Assembly: GCA_051942245.1 (NCBI GenBank)
Contig: JAVECL010000156.1
Location: forward strand, 1-41,771
Source of the DNA: Trypethelium eluteriae
Taxonomy: Eukaryota
Direction: 5' to 3'
Length of the DNA stretch: 41,771 nt
Both the position numbers and the translations under genes were made by a program. The first letter of the stretch is position 1; each line of letters opens with the position of its first letter. Of this stretch, positions 32,552 to 41,771 are shown one piece after another. The notes beneath the pieces are model-generated. The model was not told the origin of the DNA. It did no database searches and saw only the letters and a program-made list of their open reading frames with translations.

Positions 32552-34585
32552 ATGTCGTCCTCCCAGCCCTATATCCAATCCTCGCCCGCGACACCCTCGC
32601 GGCGGCGCAAATCGAAATTCACATTTCGTCAACTCCACCAGCTCCAACAGTTTTCGCCCTCGAACCCGCTTCGCGTAATCGCCCATATCGATCTTGATGC
32701 CTTTTATGCGCAATGCGAAATGGTACGACTTGGCGTTGCCGAGGACCAGCCGTTAGCAGTTCAGCAATGGCAAGGACTCATTGCGATTAATTACCCTGCT
32801 AGAAAGTTCGGATTAAACAGACATGTGACGACAATCGAGGCTAAAAAGCTGTGCCCTGATTTAATTATGCAGCATGTGGCTACATGGAAAGAGGGAGAGG
32901 AGAGATGGGCATATCGTGATGATGCGTTCAAGGATATGGCAACGCAAAAGGTATCCCTGGATCCATACAGAAGGGAGTCGAGGAAAATTTTGGCAGTAAT
33001 TAAGGATAGTCTGCCAGCCGCTCCTATTCAACGGGTGGAAAAGGCAAGTATCGACGAAGTTTTTCTGGACCTGTCGGCGCAGATTCACTCGGTCATGTTA
33101 GAGAGATTTCCGGAGCTTAATAGGCCACCACCCTACGATGATCCCACAGAGAATCTACCGCGGCCACCAACAACTGCACTAAACTGGGACACAGATGCTC
33201 TGATTGATCTCGATGAGGGGCAAAAAGAGGAAGAAGATCCGGACTGGGATGATATTGCCATGCTTCTTGGATCTGAAATCGTGCGGCGAGTTCGTGCTAT
33301 GATCCGAGAAAAGCTTAAATATACGTGTTCTGCAGGAGTTGCAAAGAACAAGATGTTAGCGAAATTAGGCTCTGGACACAATAAGCCCAATCAGCAGACT
33401 GTAGTGCGCAATAGAGCGGTCCAACAATTTCTATCGGGCTTCAAATTCACCAAGATACGAAACTTAGGGGGCAAGCTAGGAGATGAAGTGGTATCTGCTT
33501 TCAACACAGATACCGTGAAGGACTTATTGGAGGTCCCAATGGATCAATTAAAAAGAAAGATAGGTGACGATACTGGAGCGTGGCTTTACGGTGTTGCTAG
33601 AGGTGAAGATGCAAGCGAGGTCAATCCTCGAACACAGATCAAGAGCATGTTGTCTGCGAAGAGCTTTAGGCCGAGCATCAACTCGATGGATCAAGCAGTT
33701 CGTTGGCTCCGCATTTTTGTCGCGGACATCTTCTCTCGCCTCGTTGAGGAGGGTGTCCTTGAGAATAAGCGGAAGCCAAAGACCATCAATCTGCACCACC
33801 GACAAGGCGGACAGATGCGCTCAAAACAAGCACCCATTCCACAAGGCAAGGTTGTCAGTGAAGAGATTCTATTTGATCTTGCAAAGAACCTTGTGGCGCA
33901 AGTTGTTGTGGATGGTAGGGCTTGGCCTTGTGCAAATCTATCCCTGAGTGTTGGGGGTTTTGAAGATGGGGTGACGGGCAATCGAGGGATTGGAAGCTTT
34001 CTCATACGAGGAGAAGAGGCGAGGAGCATAATGAATAGCGCACGCGACACCGCTGAGCAAGAAAATGTCAGAGATGTCACACCTCCCGGAAAACGAAGGA
34101 GAGTCGATGATGGTATTGGGAGGTTCTTCACGCCACGCGAGGATAGCAAAGAAGAATCGGAGATCGATGGCCATCGAGCAAATGAGCCAGACGAAGAGAT
34201 GCATGAAAACCAATCGAAGAATACCCCTAGTTCTGAGGATCTCTATCGAGGCGGGTCAACTCCACCATCAGCTCAGCCGCAAGCAAAAGAATCTCCCCCA
34301 CTCCAGGCTGCAAGACATCAGACCAACATAACATCATACTTTTGTCCGCGCTGCAGCATCTCGCTTCCGGCTTCCGCGCAGACGGAACATGAAGACTGGC
34401 ATTTTGCCGAGGACCTCCAGGCTGAAGAACGCAACAGCAGACCGAGCGAGAACAATACTGCACATTCGAGCGGCCCGAGCCGAAAGACTCAGCAGTTGCC
34501 GCTGAAGAGGTCGCGGGGGCGACCGGCTGGTGACGGTGGGACTAAGGCTGTGGACAAAGGACAGAGGAAACTTGCATTTGGGTAA
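32552..34585 (+). CDS. RAD30: DNA polymerase eta (Y-family translesion polymerase)
   Basis: HIDLDAFYAQCE, AVQQWQGLIAINYPAR, KVSLDPYRRES, EKASIDEVFLD, CSAGVAKNKMLAKL and IRNLGGKLG; UBZ zinc finger CPRC...HEDWH; C-terminal PIP-like QRKLAFG. Confidence 0.96.
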   Translation: MSSSQPYIQSSPATPSRRRKSKFTFRQLHQLQQFSPSNPLRVIAHIDLDAFYAQCEMVRLGVAEDQPLAVQQWQGLIAINYPARKFGLNRHVTTIEAKKLCPDLIMQHVATWKEGEERWAYRDDAFKDMATQKVSLDPYRRESRKILAVIKDSLPAAPIQRVEKASIDEVFLDLSAQIHSVMLERFPELNRPPPYDDPTENLPRPPTTALNWDTDALIDLDEGQKEEEDPDWDDIAMLLGSEIVRRVRAMIREKLKYTCSAGVAKNKMLAKLGSGHNKPNQQTVVRNRAVQQFLSGFKFTKIRNLGGKLGDEVVSAFNTDTVKDLLEVPMDQLKRKIGDDTGAWLYGVARGEDASEVNPRTQIKSMLSAKSFRPSINSMDQAVRWLRIFVADIFSRLVEEGVLENKRKPKTINLHHRQGGQMRSKQAPIPQGKVVSEEILFDLAKNLVAQVVVDGRAWPCANLSLSVGGFEDGVTGNRGIGSFLIRGEEARSIMNSARDTAEQENVRDVTPPGKRRRVDDGIGRFFTPREDSKEESEIDGHRANEPDEEMHENQSKNTPSSEDLYRGGSTPPSAQPQAKESPPLQAARHQTNITSYFCPRCSISLPASAQTEHEDWHFAEDLQAEERNSRPSENNTAHSSGPSRKTQQLPLKRSRGRPAGDGGTKAVDKGQRKLAFG

Positions 34586-36224
34586 GATGGGCATTTGGCA
34601 TGGGTTCGGGCATCATTGAGGCAAGGGTCTGGTCTAGGAATTGGGAGATCTCCTGATCTCTACGGAGTACTCGGCGATCGTACGGAGTATACCTTGGGTT
34701 TTGGTCTGTTTCGCATCCAGCGTTGGCGTTGCTTTGGGCTCAGAGCTCTTTTGCATAGAAAGGTACTTGGATGAACTACGACTTGACGGGGATAACCGCA
34801 GTGGATATGACACAGGGATACCGATAGTTGGTGACACTGCAGGGGACCAGCATTTTTGGCCTCCATACGGTGATATGTTCTAGGAGACTCCACGATATAT
34901 TGAAAGTATTACGACTGGGGCTCAATACACTGTCTAACAAATGCGTAACACAGTTGTCCGATAGCCTAGGTTGGGAAGGCTCTTCATCAGATTTGAAACT
35001 GCATATCATATGGTGGTACGTGGAAACAGCCGCCACTTAATCTCGATGTAGTGCGGCCGCACGGACAGAACGGTAGCCGTTTCCCCTGTCCCAGAGCCAT
35101 TCGAATAAATTAGCTCGGTGGCTGGAGAATTCCAAGATTGTGCTTGGTTGATGACAGCCTTTTGACAGATGTAGCACTTGGATTGGGCAGCGCGCGTCAT
35201 CATGCAGAGTTAACCTCACCGCCGATGGGAAAGGCCGAGTCGTGACTATGACGGCATCGGGTGCAGTCTTGGCTGGGAGCCTCCGCAAATGGCAATCAGA
35301 ATGTTCTGCGTACGACAGGAAGGTGCATGTATGCAGTGAGGATGTATTACTGTATGATCGCTGAAATTTCGATATGGAGGATTAAATGACCCCCTTTTAC
35401 ATAAGGGCCCGGATTTCCGGGAAGGGGATTAGTAGCAGATCAACTGGCAGTCGGCAGGACGGGACGAGCCTCAAATTCACGGCATCCTGCGGGCTTGATC
35501 CTTTTCTTGTTGAAACAAGCAAGTTGGCACTGAAATTGGCAGTGAATGCTGCGGTGGCATCATTGCGTCAGGCCCGACTCGCCAGCCTCGTTCGCTCGTG
35601 CGGGCAAGGCTAAGGCCAGATTATTGCCCAGTCCCAGTGTCCACGTCCACTCTTGTCACAGAAGATCACGCATCCTTTCTCTTTCCTCGTTGACCTCGAC
35701 CGGCCTGGCCTGATCATCTGCTTCCCGTGCTCAGACTTTACGTCCGATCTGTGATAACAATCGCATTGCAATTTTTCTTATCGAGCTTGCTCCACTCCAG
35801 ACTGGTACTGGGACACGAAGATCAGTGTGGGAGGCGGCCCGGTCCTGGACGTCATCCGATCACGCTCTCTCTCACCAGCTTTCCTGCCAACAGCAGCTGG
35901 CTCATTTCCAACAGCTTCTGATACTACGCGTTCCAGCTGTAACGCCTCCTGCCACCTTACTACTGCGCTTTGACCACCCAGATTAAACTCTTACTCTTCT
36001 CACAAAACCTTGCGAGGCCATCTCCATCACAGACGTTGCTCAACCGTCCGACAACCCCACCTCTCCGTGGGGTTCGTCAAATTTTCCCCTCGACCTCACC
36101 TCACTCACTCAACAATCAACGGGGGTTTCTTTCCTCGACTCCCTCATTTACGTCGAGCCCGTGATTGACCGACAATCCTGCTGTCCAAAAAACTCCGCCT
36201 CGTAGCGAACGAGACACGGTCAAG

Positions 36225-38685
36225 ATGTCCCGACGGTCTTATCCGGTGGCTGATCGGTACGAGGAGGTTGAACGTGACTACTACCGCGAGGGGCCACCAC
36301 CACCACGCCCACGCAGTAGTGCTCCACACGAACATCTCGATATCGACATTGATATCGAGCGACGCAGTCGAGCACCCCCACCGCCACGCACAGAGTATGC
36401 ACCTACCGAAGTACGAGAACGAGAGCGAACCCGCAACATCCCCGACTTCTTGCGTGAGGACTATGCAAGATCTACAGCCGGCCCGTTGGTGGTGAGAGAG
36501 GAATTCGTGGACCGAGAACGGAGCCGTCAGCGTCCTCGCGAGAGGTCTGAGGTGGAACGGGAGGAGATCAAGATTACGGAGCGAGACCGTGGTGACACAC
36601 GATCACGCCGTGGCGATGACGTGAGGAGCGAAGTTCGGAGCATCGCTCCTAGTCGCAGAACTGAGGTGCGAGAGGAAGAAATCATCGAGACGAAGAGCCG
36701 GGCTCCAGAGAGAGAAGAGTGGATGCCAAAACGCAATCATGACCGTGACCGAGATCGAGAGATCGACATTAACATTCGCGAACGTAGGGACGATGATGTG
36801 CGATCCAGAAGGGGAAGTCCGCCGAGGACAGTAAGAGAGGGGGAGAGGGAGGAGATTGTCTTCCGTCGAGGCGAAGTGGAAAGGAGACCGCGTGCCGATG
36901 TCGAGAAGGAGGAAATCATCTTTCGACGCGATGAGAGCAACAGACCATCACCACCTCGGTCTCGAGCACGATCCGTGGTAAGAGATAGGGAGCAGCTCGA
37001 TATCGATATCGATATCAAGCGTCGTGACGTCTCCGACTCTGCTAGCAGAGCGCCAACTCAGAAAGTGGAGAAAGAGGAGATTGTGTTCCGGCCACGCGAC
37101 CGTGGCTCACCACCTCGAGAACGAAGCATGCCACCACCTCCACAGCTGATTGGCAGAGAGAGGGAAGAAATTGTATATCGCAGGCCCAGGGACCCGCCTC
37201 CGCCGCCAAGAGAAGTCGAAAAGGAGCAAATTGTTATCAGACAACGCCGAAGAAGCTCTCCGAGTCCTGTTCCTCCTCCAGCCCCTGCTCCACCTCCACC
37301 CGAGACCAGAGAGAGGGAGCAAATCATTATTCGACAGCGCCGTCAAAGGACTCCTTCGCCGTCTCCTTCACCATCGCCACCTCCGCCACCTCCTGCTCTT
37401 TCACCGGAGCCTATCGTACAACCCCCCATCAGGCAAGAGATTATTAGAGAAATTGTGACGCACCATCGGCACATTGACCATGGTACTGTTCACTGACCTA
37501 AGTTCCCCAAGTCTAGAAAAGACCATGCTGACGAGAGAGCCTAGGTGTTGAACGAGCCAGAAGCCCCAGCCCCCCACCCATTCCTGAGCCTCCACCGCCC
37601 AAGAAAGAGGAAAAGAGAGAGGAGGATCTCGAGATTGAAATACGCAGACGGTATGCTACCATGAGAACATGCTTCAAATTAATTATTGTAATGCTGACAT
37701 ATCGCCTTTAGCGGGACACGTGATGGTAAGTACTATGATGAGGATATCATCTTCGAGGACCGACGCCGCGACAATGCATCCCACTCCCACTCTCACTCCC
37801 ATACACGCTCTGAATCTCTTGATACACACCGTCCTCGCTCAGCTAGTCCGGCTCGTACAGAACGTTCCGAGCGCCGAGTCTACAGAGGAGATGCACATGA
37901 TGAGATCGCTCACGAAGCCGATTACTATAATCGCAAAGTTTCAGAGCGCGCTTATATGGGTGAGGCCTGGAATGGCGCTACGAAGGACTGGGGCATTGTC
38001 GATGTGCCTCCAGGCACGAGACGAGTCCAGATGGACGGCGTTGGAGGTGGCAGCCAGGAAATTACATGGCAGCAGTACAATGGTGTTCGAAGGGGAAAAT
38101 TCATAACAGCGGAACAGGAATATGATGCAGAATTTGAGACCGGTCGAAGGAGTCTGCCACCACCTTCCGAACCACCCGAGAGACCACGAGAGGAAGTGCG
38201 CGAGACGAGGATTGACATTCGTGAGAGAGGTGCTCCCAGCACCGGCACTGAGCTGATTAGAAGGGACGAAGTATACAAGCCAGCACCACCAAAGGATATG
38301 TGGACAGAAATCACCAAGGATCTGGTGATCAAAGAGGCCATTGAGGAGATGGGGTATGATTACGAAGAAACGGACCCCTTCTTCTATGTCATGGAGTACC
38401 TCAAATATGTAAGTCGAGGCCTACCCTTTCTTCGACGGTGAGAACAAACGAATGCTGATAATGGTGCAGGATGACGTCCTCCGTTTGGTTGAGCTTTCCG
38501 AGCACATTCGTCACCAGCGACGCGATCGTATTCGTGAGATTCAATATGAGCGTGAGGACATCAAAGAGCGTGATCGGTGGGAGGTCGAGCATCGATCCAA
38601 GCACGAGCCGAAGTACGAGGACGTAATCTACGAGCGGGAGGTTTACGAAGAGACTGGGCCACGCCGGCACAGGTACAGATATTAG
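36225..38685 (+). CDS. Conserved Arg/Glu/Pro-rich low-complexity protein with C-terminal WTEITKDLV domain (recalled as DUF8035-like), multi-exon
   Basis: ATG 36225 MSRRSYPVADRYEEVERD...; repeated (E/K)EEIVFRR and DIDIDI units; IVTHHRHIDHG; GEAWNGATKDWGIVDVPPGT; WTEITKDLVIKEAIEEMGYDYEET...MEYLKY/DDVLRLVELS. Introns near 37483, 37651 and 38409. Confidence 0.8.
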
Positions 38686-39397
38686 GGGTACAAATACTAC
38701 GCGAGAGCGAGCCCGGCAAGACATGAAGTGAGGCAAATACCAGGATCGAGGTCAAGCATGCAGATGGAATAGCGTGGTGGGCTTACATTTCACGACAGCA
38801 ACGACGACATCATACATAGCAACGAGATAAACGACACGACGACAAAACTGATGCAGCATAGTTCAGCCTGGAGTAGTGATGGCCATGAGCGGTTGATAGC
38901 AGCGAGGCTTCAGCGATAGGCATAGTTTGGGCGGGAAGGCGTCTCGGTTCTTTATGCTTTTCTTTCTTTGCAGTTTGATTGACGAATTATGCAATGGCCC
39001 CTGATTCCTTGTGAATAGTTTCCTTGATGACATAGCAAAGCTTATCTCTCAATGCACGACAAAGTAATTCGTAAAATGCACAAGCTCCAGATCCAATATG
39101 TGCAAAGTGGTGACCAATTCCTTTGGAGTATTTTCGTTGTACGCGTGGTCTTCCATCCTGCCATTTCCGGCCTCTCCCAGGCACGTGATGATGATGACGC
39201 TTCGTCCGTTGCTCCGCCTCCACCTCATCTACACCGTGAAACGTTTCGCCCCAACCCTTCTCCTCGAACTCTCCACCTTGCCTACCCCAATCTTCTATCA
39301 GGTCCATCTCTGTGACATTACTTCGCCAACATACAATCCTTGGGTTTTTCTTTATTCAGTTCCCGTTCCTGGCAGCAGGCTTGCGTGCACTGTGACT

Positions 39398-40711
39398 ATG
39401 CTCCGACCGTTGGCTCTAGGCGCCAGCTTGGCCTTGACTGCATCCGCCCTCCTGATCCCCTCGACAAGTGTTGAACTCGATCGGAATGCACAAGCAAAGG
39501 CTATGACTCTCGCTGGCATGATGCCACTCGTCAATACTGCCATCCTCAAGCTTGACTGTGCTTCTTGCGTTTTAGAAGACTCGCAGCAGGAGGATGGCTC
39601 AGGTGACAATGCCCTGGTACGAGACTTTCACCCCCAAAACTGGACACCGTTGGCATGCTAATGTATTCTCTAGCTTTTGAACTTCACCACCTCAGGAAAC
39701 GTTCTTCTCCTTAATGATGCGCCAATTTATCCTACAAGCATGGACTTCAGCCCCCTTCGGGTTACTCTTGTCGACGCCGGTTCGAATGATCTCAAAGAGA
39801 TTATGCAAGACTCCACTGGTTCTGGCAACAGTCGTACAGCTACGAGCTATGGCATTCAAAGCTCCTCCTCCGGCACCGACTCCGATGGCCACCAAACCAC
39901 TACTGTGACCGTCAATCTCTACGCCCTCGACCAGTCTCCCATTTCAGTTGACGAAGTCCATGTCAACCTCGTCGACGTCGCCCCCGCCCATAACCTTGTC
40001 ATCCAAACTGTTTCAACCTCACCCTCTCCCAACTCTCCTTCAGACCCCAACCCCGGCAACCCCACCACAGGCGATGCTGCTTACAAAGACTGCGCCGGAC
40101 TCCCCCCTCTCCTCTGCAAATGGCGCAGCATTCTCGCCCACAAGCTCTCGGGTCTGAAGCCCGCCTTCTCCTTCCGCAAGGGCTGTCACGGCAGGCCCAG
40201 CATTCCCGGCAGGCCCGACGTGCCCGACACAGCCGAGCTTAAGGGCGCTGACAACGAAGCCGACAACGACGGCAGCACCCACCTCCCCACCCACATCAAG
40301 GGCATCCCACCCAGCAACCGCTTCGGCTCTCACGGCTACCCGCATATGCACGGCGGCCACCACCACGGCCATGGCCACCACCACGGCTTCCATCGCTTCA
40401 TGCACGCCTTCATTCGCGCCTTCGTCGGCGTCTTGATCCCCGTGCTTGTCGGTGTGATTGCGGGTATGGCGGCGAGTATCATCGGCATGGCGATCGGTCA
40501 GTTCGTTGCGTTTATCTATATGCGGGTCCGTGGCCACCGGGCTGCTGCTCCTGACTACATCGTTGTGGAGCAGGAGGATCGGTCGAGCATGGAGTCGGAG
40601 CCCCTTCCTGTGTACAAGGAGGCGGATGAGGATGAGATGGAGAAGGGAGAGGCGCCGCCCGAGTATCGGGATGTGGCGGTTGTGGAGGAGGGGAAGAAGG
40701 GTGAGGAATAG
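39398..40711 (+). CDS. Type I membrane protein: signal peptide, lumenal domain, His-rich juxtamembrane tract, TM, cytosolic PY motifs (recalled as DUF7728-like)
   Basis: Exon 39398-39616 MLRPLALGASLALTASALLIP...LDCASC; intron 39617-39673; exon 39674-40711 with C...LCKWR...KGC, HGGHHHGHGHHHG, TM VLIPVLVGVIAGMAASIIGMAIGQFVAFIY, LPVY and PPEY. Confidence 0.8.
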
Positions 40712-41058
40712 ATGATGGGTTGGTTTCATGGATGAGAGTAAGACCGAATGGGATGGAAATGATTGGACGGGATGAAAGCATCCTCGGTGTTCGAAAGGTA
40801 GAATCATACGACAAGATACTTCGGTGGGATGGACTTGCTACTGGCGTTTCTGGACACGGATATGGTCGAGCTCGATCTCTAGAACTTCACGGGCTTGTAG
40901 TATAGTACGTAGTGCGCTGAAATGAATTTCATTTTTACCCTACAGTACAGTGGCCAACTTTTTCAAAAAGTGGTGATATCGCATTACCCTTACTGCAACT
41001 TCTTTCCCATCTTTTCCTCCTAAAAGACGAGATATTCATTACTCCATTACACATCTCT

Positions 41059-41771
41059 TCACGGCGCTGGCTGCGTAACCTTCGTCCCATTCCCCGGCAA
41101 CTTTACCCTGAACAGCACATACGGCTTCACCCTCTTATCCACCCCACCATTATACGCCGCGCCCCTCCACAGCTGATTCTCCGTAAAATACAGATACCCA
41201 TCCGCCGCCACACTCATCGTATCCGTCCACGAGAACCTTGGATCCCTCACAAACGTCGACAGCAACCCCGTCGCCGGCGTATAGATACTAATCGAATTAT
41301 CCTCAATATTCCCCATATAGATATTATCCTGCGAGTCGCTCTCCATCCCATCCGTCAACCCCTTCCCCGTCAAGTACACCTGGCTCGCCCTCGCCAACAC
41401 TTCCGAATTCGGCCCATCGTCGCGCAGCCGCGCCGTCGGCACCGCGTACAGCCTCCTGCCGCCCGTAGTCGAGAAATACAACGTCGCGCCGTCGGCCGAC
41501 AGCGCGATCCCGTCCGCACCGAAGTTCACGTTGCTGATGGGCTGCCCCGTCGTCCCGTTGCTGTATACGGGCTGCCCCCAGATCGTGGGCACGAATCCCT
41601 CGGTGGCTTCTACCGCGGGGATGTTGACTAGGTGCCGCCATGCGGCGCCGCTGCCCAGGTCGACCGTTATGAGTGCGTTCGTGCCTTCGCTCGAAGAGTC
41701 GGTGATGTAGGCTACGCCTTGGCCGGAGGGGGTGAGGGAGGGGGTGAGGTCGAAGCGGATGTCGTTGAGGT
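41059..41771 (-). CDS. Major royal jelly protein / yellow family beta-propeller (PF03022), 3' part; the start lies beyond the window's right edge
   Basis: Open frame from the window end: LNDIRFDL...GVAYITDSS...VDLGSGAAWRHL...GADGIALSADGATLYF...DGMESD...RDPRFSWTDT...LYFTENQLWR. Confidence 0.92.
   Translation of the reverse strand, partial: LNDIRFDLTPSLTPSGQGVAYITDSSSEGTNALITVDLGSGAAWRHLVNIPAVEATEGFVPTIWGQPVYSNGTTGQPISNVNFGADGIALSADGATLYFSTTGGRRLYAVPTARLRDDGPNSEVLARASQVYLTGKGLTDGMESDSQDNIYMGNIEDNSISIYTPATGLLSTFVRDPRFSWTDTMSVAADGYLYFTENQLWRGAAYNGGVDKRVKPYVLFRVKLPGNGTKVTQPAP

Noticed and set aside
32552..34585. Eso1-type pol eta-Eco1 acetyltransferase fusion
   Set aside because: The ORF ends after the UBZ and PIP-like motifs; no acetyltransferase domain follows.
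34600..36160. Short ORFs downstream of pol eta
   Set aside because: No motifs; consistent with UTR/promoter sequence of the flanking genes.
40040..40807. 255-aa antisense ORF
   Set aside because: Shadow of a GC-rich, codon-biased sense CDS; no recognisable motifs.

Overview
Eukaryotic DNA from a filamentous ascomycete (Pezizomycotina-type genes; short GT-AG introns with CTRAY branch sites). No rRNA, tRNA, CRISPR array or intact transposon was recognised. Conserved housekeeping-type genes occupy both flanks. Left: SHO1 (partial) and ro-10/dynactin p24. Right: AVT-type vacuolar amino-acid transporter, mitochondrial S16, NAD(P)HX epimerase, a ~90-aa microprotein, DNA polymerase eta, an Arg/Glu/Pro-rich protein, a His-rich type I membrane protein and a partial MRJP/yellow gene. 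Between them (~3.7-27 kb) lies a gene-sparse, accessory-looking island. It holds an OTT_1508-like Zn deaminase, a PAQR receptor, an M35 deuterolysin, a FOLD (SIX1/SIX6-like) effector candidate, a HET-domain protein with two C-terminal TM segments, a large secreted glyco-repeat protein, a PhnB-like protein and several degraded relics. The most striking observation is a stand-alone, signal/anchor-bearing protein that aligns by eye with the propeptide of M35 proteases and is encoded head-to-head with the M35 gene. This is a candidate protease plus trans-acting inhibitor/chaperone module. All family calls come from motif recognition by eye; no searches were run.
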